A stretch of DNA of 64,000 nt, taken from Macrostomum lignano. Lineage: Eukaryota. The stretch is from positions 124,001-188,000 of the forward strand of contig NIVC01001880.1 in the NCBI GenBank assembly GCA_002269645.1, given 5' to 3'. Position numbers and translations under genes: made by a program. This document shows positions 24,604 to 37,353 of the stretch, one piece after another (positions within the stretch are counted from its first letter, which is position 1; the number at the start of each line of letters is the position of its first letter). The notes beneath the pieces were generated by a model. That model saw only the letters and a list, made by a program, of their open reading frames with translations, did not search any database and was not told the DNA's origin.

Positions 24604-25775
24604 TCACAGGGCACGCTTCAGAGCCTGGGCGCGAACAAAGGCCGCACCGCCGGCAGAGTCCGGGGCGCCAGCGTCGGCCAGCAGGCAGTCGACGAAACGC
24701 CGAGTTCGGGCCTGGCCGCGCCGGTAGGGTGCCTGCAGCGTTAGCAGCAGCACCTCCTGCACCGGCTGCGAGTAGTAGGACTCGGCGCGGATGATGTGGC
24801 CTGCCAGCTGGAGTCGCCGAAGTCGCAGCAGTTCACTTGGACGGGCCAGGATGGCGCGGCGATAGAGTGCCGCGTTAGTGATCCGCTCGTCGCTGATCTT
24901 AAAGGCGACGCGCAGCACGCCAGCGTGCGCCGCGTTGACTTGCTGTTTGAGCGAATCCGTCAGCGTCCAGGTCTCGGCGTTGTACAACAGGACGGTCTCG
25001 ACCACCACCTGGAACAGCGCCGCCCTCTGGCGGTCAGGTAGGGCCTCGGACTGCAGGACCGCCCTCACAGAGCGAAAGGCAGCCCAAGCGAGCCCGCGGC
25101 GACGCCGCAGATCTTCGCGGACGTAGGGAACCAGACCACCGAGGTAGACGAACTGCTGACATCGCGGGAGCTTGGTTGCCTGACCGTCAGCGCCTCGGCA
25201 GAAAATTGCGGCCTCGATGTCGCCCGGCACGCAGAGCACAACGGTCTTCTTCGTGTTGACCACCAGGCCGACGCTCGCTGCAGCGCTAACCAGCTTGTCC
25301 AGCTGGCGCTGGGCGCCCTCTACGGTCGAGGACAGCAGGGCGAGGTCATCGGCGTAGCCAAGCACGCTGAGCGCCGTTTCTCCGGTTGACGTCGACCCAC
25401 GCGTCGCCGCAGTAGGAAGCCGTCTTCGTCGGTAGGAAGAGCAGTTTGTAGCACCCAGTCAAGCACCAGGACGAACAGGAACGGCGCTAGAGTGTCCCCC
25501 CTGGAGCACCCCGGAGGATGTCTCGAAGGAGTCCGACAGGTCATCCGATGTCTGATGTCTGTCTGTCATCACAGCTGCTCTCGTAGCACAGTACAACGCC
25601 ATTATGGCGGAGATCAGCTGTTCTGGTACATGATACACACGGAGCACATGTGGGAGCGCAGCCCTCGCAACCGAGTCGAATGCTTTCATGAAGTCAATGA
25701 AGACAACAATCAGGTCCAACTGGCGCGTGCGCGCCTCCTCGATGATTCAGCGAAGAGCTAGGATCTGCGCCACCA
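24604..25775 (-). mobile_element. 5'-truncated, frameshifted RTE-clade LINE (RT C-terminal half)
   Basis: QILALR*IIEE, FIDFMKAFDSV, GVLQG/GDTLAPFLF, GYADDLAL, GLVVNTKKT, F.YLG and LLYNAETWTL, spread over three frames. Confidence 0.9.
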
Positions 25776-26173
25776 TTAGCTGGGGGTAATTGAGGAGGTG
25801 TGTGATGACCCCCCAGTCCTTGCTCGGCTATTTTGCTCGGCGGACAGAAAAGTTTATGGCCATAGGCATTCAAGCCATCAGCATACTGTACAGCAGAAAC
25901 TGTTAATTACCATAGACTATGAGCTCACTCTTATTCGCGATGAGAACGGATACTTACATGTAGAACATTAGGCCAAGAAGCGTCCCAGTCATTCACTTGC
26001 GTCGCTGCAGGTAACACAGTTAAAATAGGAAAGAAGTGATTCTAGATGACTAAAACGACAAGCTGTCACAGTAAGTGGTCAAGAGTCGCTTTAAGAGTCA
26101 ATTTGAGACGTTTTATTGTCAGCGACTCTGGGTAGCTTCTATAATATCGCTATAAAATCACTGAGTTGCGTCT

Positions 26174-26497
26174 AAAGCGCATCTGCGTCACTTTTGTGAA
26201 TTAAGCTCGAATTTCAAATAGCTGCTTAGTCTACTTGAGTCAGTAGAAAGTAAAGCGCATCTGCGTCACTTTTGTGAATTAATTGCTCGAATTTCAAATA
26301 GCTCTGTTTAGTCTACTTGAGTCAGTAGAAAGTAAAGCGCATCTGCGTCACTTTTGTGAATTAAGCTCGAATTTCAAATAGCTGCTTAGTCTACTTGAGT
26401 CAGTAGAAAGTAAAGCGCATCTGCGTCACTTTTGTGAATTAAGCTCGAATTTCAAACAGCTGCTTAGTCTACTTGAGTCAGTAGAAAGTAAAGCGCG
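26174..26497. repeat. 78-bp tandem repeat, ~4 copies
   Basis: Unit begins AAAGCGCATCTGCGTCACTTTTGTGAATTAAGCTCG and ends GAGTCAGTAGAAAGT. Confidence 0.95.
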
Positions 26498-27540
26498 GAC
26501 ACGACAACTCTTGGGTCTTTTCGAGATTCTCAAACGATTTTACAACTTACTTGACGCGCTCGTGACTCAACAGTCGCCTCACCGCCGCAGTACAGTCGCT
26601 TGATTTGTTAAAAAGTCACAAGAGTCGCCCAAAGAGTCGCTAGAGTCACTAATGAGCTGTTTGCAATGCTCCTGTGGCTGTCAATGCAACGTTTTCATTG
26701 GGCAGTGTGCCAGGCAAGATGTCTATGGTACAATGGCTGGCTGTCAATACCCAAACTTGAATTCTATGAAAGGAATTTCTCCGGTTTCTGCTATTTATAC
26801 TTTTATAAATCAAATGGAAATAAAAAATCCAAGACAGAAACGAAATCAAGACAAACATTGTTTGTCTCCAAAAAGTGCTGGTAAAGACAGACCTGCCATG
26901 CCAGCTGAAATCTCGGGTGCATCCTTGCGATTTGCAATTTTATTTAGCAGCCAAATCAGTCACTCGGCTCGCACTGGCGCCAAAGAAAGAAGACAAGCAG
27001 AGAAAAAAGCGGAAGAGATCGGGGAAGGGGGAGGCTGGATGGCGCGGTTGGTTTTTGATGAAGCAAAGCGCTCAGAAGAGAATTGAAACTATAATAATAG
27101 CCAGCCGCGCCACCCAGGTATTTTCCAAAAGAGAAGAAGTCACCAAAGAATCCATTAAAGCTGTGATAGCAATAGAACTAGCAAATACTTGCTTTAAAGT
27201 GCAAGTGAAACGGGGGCGAAGTGCAAAAAAGAATAATAATTTCAATAGTAGTTACCTAGCCATACTACTCGTACAAATTTGCAGTAGGCAAGTCATGAAT
27301 ATATTGCTGAATATGGGCCCACAATTAAACATTCGTATCAATTCCAAGAAACACTATTGATTTTTATTATCACACTTGCAGTGGATTAGTTGCTAAGCGG
27401 TTAGCCATGGCAATAATTTATTAATTAAATATAATTGCTGACAAGCGGGCGCGTGCCGGTGAGGAGAAGGCAGGGAGAGATTAAACAGCAGCAGAGAGGC
27501 CTGCCGCACTGGTCAGCCGGGGTCTTCAGCAGGCGCTCCA

Positions 27541-30500
27541 TCAGTTACCGTCGGTGTCCTTGATGGTCTCCTGCTGCTCAAACACCGGGTAGGCCTCCAT
27601 CACCTGGGCCCAGGTAAGCCTCTCCTGCACCAGCTGCTGCACTATGCCGGGGATCTTCTCCACCTGGATGGGATAATGGGATTTGCGTGAGAGTGAGATT
27701 CGCTGCACCTGCCGGGTGGCCTAGCAACTGGGGATCTGGGAGGCTGGCCCAGCAACTGAGGATCTGGGAGGCTGGCCGAGCAACTGGGGATCTGAGAGGC
27801 TGGCCCAGCAACTGACACTCTGGGAGGCTGGCCCAGCAACTGACACTCTGGGAGGCTGGCCCAGCAACTGACACTCTGGGAGGCTGGCCCAGTAACTGAG
27901 GATCTGAGAGGCTGGCCCAGCAACTGAGGATCTGGGAGGCTGGCCCAGCAACTGAGGATCTGGGAGGCTGGCCCAGCAACTGACACTCTGGGAGGCTGGC
28001 CGAGCAACTGGGGATCTGAGAGGCTGGCCCAGCAACTGACACTCTGGGAGGCTGGCCCAGCAACTGACACTCTGGGAGGCTGGCCCAGCAACTGACACTC
28101 TGGGAGGCTGGCCCAGCAACTGACACTCTGGGAGGCTGGCCCAGCAACTGACACTCTGGGAGGCTGGCCCAGCAACTGACACTCTGGGAGGCTGGCCCAG
28201 CAACTGACACTCTGGGAGGCTGGCCGAGCAACTGGGGATCTGAGAGGCTGGCCCAGCAACTGACACTCTGGGAGGCTGGCCCAGCAACTGACACTCTGGG
28301 AGGCTGGCCCAGCAACTGACACTCTGGGAGGCTGGCCCAGAAACTGACACTCTGGGAGGCTGGCCCAGCAACTGACACTCTGGGAGGCTGGCCCAGCAAC
28401 TGAGTATCTGGGAGGCTGGCCCAGCAACTGACACTCTGGGAGGCTGGCCCAGCAACTGAGGATCTGGGAGGCTGGCACAGCAACTAAGGATCTGGGAGGC
28501 TGGCCTAGCAGCAGACACCAGCAGACAGAATCCGTACCTCAACCCGAACCTGCCGCATGGAGTCGCGCTCCCGCAGCGTGGCGGTCGCCGGCGTCTTGTT
28601 GATGCTATCGAAGTCGATGGTGACGCCGTAGGGGATGGCGATCTGGTCGGTGCGCGCGTACCGCTTGCCGATGGAGACGCTGCTGTCGTCAATGCGGTGG
28701 GACAGGCCGGCCTGGGTGAGCGCCTGGGACATGGCGGTGGCCATCTCGCGCAGCTTGGGGTTGTTGCTGAGCTGCAGCACGCTGCACTTGTAGGGGGCGA
28801 TGACGGGCGGCAGGCTGAGGTAGGTCCGGGCCTCGTCTCCCTCCCGGGCCCGGAAGCTGTGCTCGAAGATGACGTACATGATGCGGCCGATGCCGAAGCT
28901 GGGCTCGATGACGCTGGGCACGAACTCAAGGCGGTGGACGGTGCGCTCAGTGCGGCGGACGGACACCATGTCCGGCGTCAGCTTGCGCTCGCTGCCGCCG
29001 ATCTCGCGAGACGCCGAGCCGAGCGACTCCAGCTCGGTGGCCAGGGAGTTCAGATCCGCCTCCTCCAGGCTGCTCAGGTACTGGGTCACGTGACTGCGGG
29101 GGAGAGGCTAAACTGACTAACTGACTGCTACTCTATACTGACTACTACTCAACTGACTACTACTTTAAACTGACTACTGCTCTATACTGACTGCTACTCT
29201 ATACTGACTACTACTCTATACTGACTACTACTCTATACTGACTACTACTCTATACTGACTACTACTCGACTGACTACTGCTTTAAACTGACTACTACTCT
29301 ATACTGACTACTACTCTATACTGACTACTGCTCTATACTGACTACTACTCTATACTGACTATTATTTTATACTGACTACTGCTCTATACTGACTACTACT
29401 CTATACTGACTATTATTTTATACTGACTACTGCTCTATACTGACTACTGCTCAACTGACTACTACTCAACTGACTGCTACTCTATACTGACTACTACTCT
29501 ATACTGACTACTGCTCTATACTGACTACTACTCTATACTGACTACTGCTCTATACTGACTACTACTCTATACTGACTACTACTCAACTGACTACTGCTTT
29601 AAACTGACTATTATTTTATACAGACTACTACTCATCCTCAGTCATGTACACTCCCTGTAAATTCTATAAATTCGATTGAACACATGACCACAGGGCACGC
29701 AACCTACACGGCATCGGCTTTGAAAGTCCTGCCAACAACGCCTTTGTTTATGACGGCTTCGTTGGCGACCACCACCTGCGGCTCCGCCAGCATCTTCTCG
29801 GCCACCAGCTGGGCGCCGCAGGCTTTGGAGTGCTGCGTCAGGTCGTAGGCGGAGCGGTCGGCGCAGCCAACGCACTCGATCCAGCCGTAGGAGGTCAGGC
29901 ACTCGGCGTCCCAGCAGTCGCAGGCGTAGTGCGCCATCTCGTTGCTGAGGTGCTGGCGGAACCGCAGCCGCTGGCGGTCCACGCCGCAGCGCACCATGAA
30001 CAGGAAGATGCGGGCCATGAAGTAGGCCAGGGTCTGGTTGGCGATCACGCCGGCCGACACCGCCTGCGGCAGCGTGAGGAGGAGGGGCGACTGGTTGGTT
30101 AGAGCTTAGGCTCAGAGATCTATAGACCTAATCTACAAGTTCCAATTGATATCTAATTCCCGTAAATCCGGACATCTAATCTCCATAAAATCGGACATCT
30201 AATCTCCATAAATCCGGACATCTAACTCCCATAAATCCGGACATCTAATTCCCATAAAACCGGACATCTAATGCCAATAAATCCGGACATCTAGTCCCAA
30301 TAAATCCGGACATCTAATCCCCATAAATCCGGACATCTAAAGCCAATAAATCTGGACACCTAATCCTCATCAATCCGGACATCTAATTCCCATAAATCCG
30401 GACATCTAATCTCCAGAAATCCGGATATCTGGCCTGGAACTCCAAAGTCCGGGTCAGCTCCGGTCCAGCACAAACCTCTCCTAGCGGCTTCTCAGTCGCA

Positions 30501-33500
30501 TCCAGGCCGGCCATCTGGTCCTTGGCCGAGTAGAGCGGCAGGCTGAGACCGGCCACGCTGGCGAACTTCGGATGAGACTTGTCGGCGGGGTCCAAGAAGT
30601 GCTCGATCTCCGCCATGGTGAACTCTCGAACTCTGCGGAGGTCAGAGTGATGTGAGCGTTAGATTTCTGTATGGACAAATTTTCCATAACAACTCATTTT
30701 ACAGTTTGAATATGAGTTCCCGTTCCCAGACTCCCAAATTCCCAACTTCAGACTTCGGAATCTTAATCCGACTCCAGAATTCTGGTCACTAACTCTGAAA
30801 TCTCGATCTCAGACTAGAGAATTCTGATCCCAAACTCCTGAATCCTGATCCCAGACTCCAGAATTCCGATCTAAGACTCCTGAATCCCGATCCCAAACTC
30901 CGGAATTCCGATCCCAGACTCCAGAATCCCGATCACAGACTCCGAAATTCCGATCCCAGACTCCAGAATCCCGATCCCAGACTCCAGAATTCCGATCCCA
31001 GACTCCAGAATTCCGATCTAAGACTCCTGAATCCCGATCCCAAACTCCGGAATTCCGATCCCAGACTCCAGAATCCCGATCACAGACTCCAAAATTCCGA
31101 TCCCAGACTCCAGAATCCCGATCCCAGACTCCAGAATTCCGATCTAAGACTCTAGACTTCCGATCTAAGACTCCTGAATCCCAATCCCAAACTCCGGAAT
31201 CTCGATCCCAAACTACAGAATCCGGATCCCAGACTCCGGAATCTCGATCCCAAACTACAGAATCCCGATCCCAGACTCTAGAATCCCGATCCCAGACTCT
31301 AGAATCCCGATCCCAAACTCTAGAATCCCGATCCCAAACTCCAGAATCCCTGATCCCAGACTCCGAAATCCCGATCCCAGAATCCCGATCCCAGACTCCG
31401 AAATTCCGATCCCAGACTCCGAAATTCCGATCCCAGACTCCAGAATCCCAATCCCAGACTCCAGAATCCCGATCCTAGACTCCAGAATCCCTGATCCCAC
31501 ACTACGAAATCCCGATCCCAGACTCCAGAATCCCGATCCCAGACTCCGAAATTCCGATCCCAGACTCCAGAATCCCGATCCCAGACTCCAGAATCCCGAT
31601 CCTAGACTCCAGAATCCCTGATCCCAGACTCTGAAATTCCGATCCCAGACTCCGAAATTCCGATCCCAGACTCCAGAATCCCAATCCCAGACTCCAGAAT
31701 CCCGATCCTAGACTCCAGAATCCCTGATCCCACACAACGAAATCCCGATCCCAGACTCCAGAATCCCGATCCCAGACCCCAAAATCCCGATCTCTGACTC
31801 TTAAATCCCGATCCCAGACTCCGAAATCCCGATCTGGGATTCGGACATCAGAATCTCTGAAATCCTGATCTCAGACTACAGAATCCTGATCCCAGACTTC
31901 GGAATCCTGGTCTCAGACTCTTAAATCCTGATCCCAAACTCCGAAATCCCACCTGAGCAGGCCAGCCCGCGGGCTGATCTCATTCCGGAAGCTGTTGCCA
32001 ATCTGGGCGGCGGCGAACGGCAGCCGGCCCTGGTTGAACTCCAGCAACCGTTTAAAATTGACGAAGATGCCCTGGGCGGTCTCCGGCCGCAGATAGCCTT
32101 TGATGTTGCCGGCGGGCCCGATGGACACCTGGAACATCAGGTTGAACTGCTGCGGCTCCGAGATCTCGTTGCCGGACTGAGGCGACTTGATGCCAAACTT
32201 CACAATAACCTCCTGCAGGCCGGCGCCGTCCAGGTTGTCGAGGCTGTTCAGGATTCTGCGCGCCTCATCGCGCCGGTCCTGCGGCGTCTTGGGATCGGCC
32301 TCCAGCTTCTCCAGGAACTGCTTGACCACGTGGTCGGCCCGGAAGCACTCGCCGGTTTTCAGGTCCTTCACCTTGTAGTCGGCGAACCTCTCCACGTGGC
32401 CGGAGGCCTTCAGCACCGGCTCCGGGGTGAGCATGGAGCAGTCCATCTCGAGCATCTGCTCCTCCAGCACGAAGAAGTTTCGCCACTCCTGCAGCAGGTT
32501 TGCCTTCACCGCGCAGCCCATCGGCCCGAAGTCGTACAGGCCCTGCACACCTGCGGCAGGGGAGCAAGTGGGGAGCATGTTGCAGAGTCTTGATCAGCAT
32601 CTGAGATTCTCAAGACAATCCTGGATCTCCAGGGCTAAGCTGCCACCATCCCAGATCCTCAATGCTGAGCTGCCACCATTCCAGATCCTCAATGCTGAGC
32701 TGCTACCATTCCAGATCCTCAATGCTGAGCTGCCACCATTCCAGATCCTCAATGCTAAGCTGCCACCATTCCAGATCCTCAATGCTGAGCTGCCACCATC
32801 CCAGATCCTCAATGCTGAGCTTAAACCATCCCAGATCCTCAATGCTGAGCTGCCACCATCCCAGATCCTCAATGCTGAGCTGCCACCATCCCAGATCCTC
32901 AATGCTGAGCTGCCACCATCCCAGATCCTCAATGCTGAGCTGCCACCATTCCAGATCCTCAATGCTGAGCTGCCACCATCCCAGATCCTCAATGCTGAGC
33001 TGCCACCATCCCAGATCCTCAATGCTGAGCTGCCACCATCCCAGATCCTCAATGCTGAGCTGCCACCATTCCAGATCCTCAATGCTGAGCTGCCACCATT
33101 CCAGATCCTCAATGCTGAGCTGCCACCATTCCAGATCCTCAATGCTGAGCTGCTACCATTCCAGATCCTCAATGCTGAGCAGCCACCATTCCAGATCCTC
33201 AATGCTGAGCTGCTACCATTCCAGATCCTCAATGCTCAGCTGCCACCATCCCAGATCCTCAATGCTGAGCTTAAACCATCCCAGATCCTCAATGCTGAGC
33301 TTAAACCATCCCAGATCCTCAATGCTGAGCTTAAACCATCCCAGATCCTCAATGCTGAGCTTAAACCATCCCAGATCCTCAATGCTGAGCTTAAACCATC
33401 CCAGATCCTCAATGCTGAGCTTAAACCATCCCAGATCCTCAATGCTGAGCTTAAACCATCCCAGATCCTCAATGCTGAGCTGCCACTATTCCAGATCCTC

Positions 33501-34271
33501 AATGCTGAGCTGCCACCATTCCAGATCCTCAATGCTGAGCTGCCACCATTCCAGATCCTCAATGCTGAGCTGCCACCATCCCAGATCCTCAATGCTGAGC
33601 TTAAACCATCCCAGATCCTCAATGCTGAGCTGCCACCATTCCAGATCCTCAATGCTGAGCTGCCACCATTCCAGATCCTCAATGCTGAGCTGCCACCATT
33701 CCAGATCCTCAATGCTGAGCTTAAACCATCCCAGATCCTCAATGCTGAGCTGCCACCATTCCAGATCCTCAATGCTGAGCTGCCACCATTCCAGATCCTC
33801 AATGCTGAGCTTAAACCATCCCAGATCCTCAATGCTGAGCTGCCACCATTCCAGATCCTCAATGCTGAGCTTAAACCATCCCAGATCCTCAATGCTGAGC
33901 TGCCACCATCCCAGATCCTCAATGCTGAGCTGCCACCATTCCAGATCCTCAATGCTGAGCTGCCACCATTCCAGATCCTCAATGCTGAGCTGCCACCATT
34001 CCAGATCCTCAATGCTGAGCAGCCACCATCCCAGATCCTCAATGCTGAGCTTAAACCATCCCAGATCCTCAATGCTGAGCTGCCACCATCCCAGATCCTC
34101 AATGCTGAGCTGCCACCATCCCAGATCCCCAATTCTAAGCTGTAAAATGCAGTCACTTGCACCACAAACCATTCAGTAATGACACTCACCCCCATAGATA
34201 GCAAATGATTGGTCATAGAAAAATCGCTGCTTTAGCAGAGTCTCCAGCTTGTTGCGATCAAAACCCTCCAT
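27541..34271 (-). CDS. GARS1: Glycyl-tRNA synthetase (eukaryotic alpha2 type), 623 aa from the first visible ATG
   Basis: Exons 34190-34271 (acceptor at 34290), 31953-32550, 30476-30632, 29708-30063, 28538-29093 and 27541-27663. All phases are consistent and total 1872 nt. Motifs [82 protein letters not shown] and [11 protein letters not shown]. Confidence 0.97.
27724..28512. repeat. 28-bp minisatellite filling the last GARS intron, ~28 copies
   Basis: Unit GCAACTGACACTCTGGGAGGCTGGCCCA. Confidence 0.97.
29120..29635. repeat. 17-bp minisatellite in a GARS intron, ~30 copies
   Basis: Unit CTATACTGACTACTACT. Confidence 0.95.
30150..30430. repeat. 22-23 bp minisatellite in a GARS intron, ~12 copies
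   Basis: Unit of the type CCATAAATCCGGACATCTAATCT. Confidence 0.95.
30720..31950. repeat. 21-bp minisatellite in a GARS intron
   Basis: Unit CCAGACTCCAGAATCCCGATC, running up to the donor at 31952. Confidence 0.95.
32627..34138. repeat. 30-bp minisatellite in GARS intron 1, ~50 copies
   Basis: Unit CCAGATCCTCAATGCTGAGC(TGCC/TTAA)ACCAT(C/T). It accounts for the long repetitive ORFs in the track. Confidence 0.98.
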
Positions 34272-35032
34272 TACTTCTTCAACAATATACTGCAGCTTTC
34301 AAGAAAGAATTTTTTATTAAATCTTATACCAATACAGTGAGAAAAATATATACAAGAAAATATAATAAACAATTGTATATAATAAGACAGTTAGCATTCA
34401 ATTCTTAATTTAAAAATAGTATCCCTTCAAATATTAATGAATTTGTTTATTTATTATTTTTAACCTTTTGTTACTTTTAAATAATGCAACTTTCCTTTTA
34501 AATTGTTTTCACAAATAGCTTTAGAACCTAAACTGACAACTCTGACTCCTAGAAGAAGTAATAGAAGTCTTTTACTTATATTATATTATTTTAGATTAAC
34601 TAACTAAATATATTTTAATTTAAATATATTAAATTTTATATTATTTTATTAATTTCTTTTTTACTAATTTAAGATAGAAGATTTAATAAGTGTTCTGTAA
34701 GTATATAACTAGAAAAATATACGCAAAGGCAAATTTGAATGAGAAATAGGTTTTTTATAAATGAATAATTTAGCAAGGCAATTATATAAATTGCCTTTAT
34801 ATAATAGCAAAAATATAAATTGGAAAGAAAAAAGTAGGCCCCTCCTAATATATTTCTATGCTTGTTTATTCTTATTCTAGACTATACCAAGGTCTAACTC
34901 TAAGTGCACTAAATATTTTAAGATGAATTATATTAATTTAATATCCTTGATGGCTTGAGAGTCAATTTGAGTAAAGTTTTTCTTTTGCCTTATGGCTTAT
35001 GGTCTACAGTCTAGAATAGCCTAAAATAGAGC

Positions 35033-35435
35033 CTGGGTTTTTTTAGGCCATACGGTAGCTACCGGCTACCCAAAAAAGCCATTGGCAACTAGATTTGTTG
35101 CATCAGAGGCCAATCTGGCAACCAACTTGAACCAAGGAAGTTGCCAATGATAAAACAGTCTATCACATTTTATTACTGCTAAGTTTGGCTTGGCTAAAAA
35201 CCTGAAGCCTGAGCTGATTCAAGCATATTATTTTTTCATCAATGCGTGAAAATTGTTGCAAAAACAACTTTATAAAGTTGTTTTGTTGTATTGTGATTTG
35301 CATATGATTTTTGCTATGCACAGGCACTGGGACACTAAAATAGGTCAGTTGCCAGTTGGCAACTGAGGATGGCAATTGGCAACTAGATTTTGAGCTCCAG
35401 TTGCCATGGCAACTGGATTTTGGATGAAAAACCCA
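35033..35435. mobile_element. ~400-bp non-autonomous element with short TIRs and a 9-bp TSD (MULE-like)
   Basis: TSD AAATAGAGC at 35024-35032 and 35436-35444. TGGGTTTTT/AAAAACCCA termini. Eight GGCAAC/GTTGCC motifs inside. Confidence 0.6.
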
Positions 35436-36733
35436 AAATAGAGCTAAAATTGCTAAAAATTATTCCCAAGCTACAACTTGCAAGTTAAGTTGGTCTTAAC
35501 AATTAGCAATGTTGAGCACCATTAATGAAAATCTTAACTTCCGATCCATTAATGGCAAAAGAATCTGATTCAGCTAAAAATCTTAACTTATTAATTCTAA
35601 TTTCATTTGATAATTGTTAATATAAATAAGTGTTAATCTGTTAAAGTTAACACACAAAAAATAGAAATCTTGCACTTTTTTTCAAAACACGCTTCATAAT
35701 GCACTGTCTGCTTTTCCATCTTTTTTAGTGAAACAGCACAGAGCCGACAGAGGTCATCTATTTGATTTACAAGCTAAAAGCCTAAAAGGTAATAAATAAT
35801 AATTAAAACAACTTGCATATACAATAGCTTGTACTACTAAAAGTAAGCATAAGGTAAAAGAAGTGACTTATTTATTTGAAACGTGAAAGCTAATTAGGCC
35901 CTAGTCAATAGTAAAATACGAATTTTTGCATGAGCCTCATTCGACATTCAAATTAATAATGTGACTGCTAAAGATTCAAGTTTAAATATGAGCAAAATTT
36001 CTCGGAAACAAAGTCCAATTAAACAAACTAAAAAATTTACCTAACTCTGCATAGAGAAGAGCAGGCCCTGCATGGCAATATGCAAGCAAGTACGCAAGTT
36101 TTCTGGGTTTCAGAAGCGGCAAGGGCTGACAAAGCTTCCAATCTCTTTAAGCCCAGCCACTAAAGCCCTTTTACTCGTAGAACTTTCTCTTAGACCGAGC
36201 CCTCATTTGAAGCCGTCTCATACAGGGGTGCATTCAGGAATTTCGTTTGGGGATATCGGATTCCGCCCCTAGATTCTGAACTTCCGCTTAGAAATTTGAA
36301 AGCACTCCATCAATTTTCACTTTTGCATGTAAAACATGGCATAAGGACCAGGTAACTTCTATATAGTGGTCCTTGCATGGCATAAATCATTATGGCACTC
36401 AAATCCGCGGAAAATATCGCAGAGTTATTACAAAATGAAGGATTAGTCTAACCAATTGTTGTGTTCTAATTAACACAGAGAGTTTCTTTGATTGAAGCTT
36501 TCTCCGCGAGACACAAATCTCGCTCACAATATATTTATAGAGGTGAAACTCCTACTTGCACGTTGCATTGCCAAATCGATACGCAATCACCTACACATTC
36601 TAGTCTGAGTACAGTATACGCCCACGCATTCAATAATGTCAAAAGTTAATTGTCAGTGGTCAGTTCATTGCGCAAGCATTGTCAATCACAACACCAATAT
36701 GTTTGTGCCTGTCTGCCCTGTGCCGTGCATTAA

Positions 36734-36815
36734 GTGCACTCAGGGACTACTAATAACTACTCATAATTCAACTACATGTACACTGTAGAGTTATTGAGTA
36801 GTTCCCTGAGTGCAC
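36734..36815. mobile_element. 82-bp fold-back mini-element (MITE-like)
   Basis: Arms GTGCACTCAGGGA-CTACT-AATAACT and their near-perfect reverse complement. Confidence 0.55.
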
Positions 36816-37353
36816 CCTGCCGTCACTGCAGTTTCACACACTCCGTCTCTCGATATGTCTCTCTTCTCTTTTGTATCAGACTCCATAAAGCCTCAAGTCC
36901 ACGCATAACACAAGGGCAGCCGGCTTAAATTATCGAACTTGAAAAAATTGGGGGTCTCAGAATTTGGGGGGATATGCCGATATACGATCCCGGGCTAAGC
37001 TACGCTACTGCTCTTATAGCGTGAACCAGCACATGAGACGCACACCGCACCCCCACCAACCATGCAGCCGGGCAGAGGAGGCTCAGTCCCGGTCCCTGTC
37101 AGCTAAAATCGATTACATAGTCAGTATAAACAGTCCCTGAAATCGGCAATAAGCATATGATTTATTGAAAGGCTACATATCGACCCTCCAGGTTGGTCTG
37201 TTTATAACATGTACATATACGTAGACAGTTAAAAGTTAAGAACTAAACCTAAGAAAGTTAAATAGGTTTGTAATAAACTTAACTTACCTTAAATACTTTG
37301 AGAACGACTCACTTCATCGTTGACATAGAGCTAGTCCAACAATCATCTAGCAC

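Noticed and set aside
26652-27360. Lys/Arg-rich ORFs of 144-161 aa
   Set aside because: No recognisable domain or splice-supported structure; probably decayed mobile DNA.
27578-28929. Repetitive ORFs ([21 protein letters not shown]...)
   Set aside because: These read through the 28-bp intronic repeat. The true GARS exons splice around it in phase.
32427-34216. Long ORFs (572, 505, 326, 228 aa) of 10-residue repeats
   Set aside because: They are translations of a stop-poor 30-bp minisatellite inside GARS intron 1 and are open in most frames, which is the signature of non-coding repeats.
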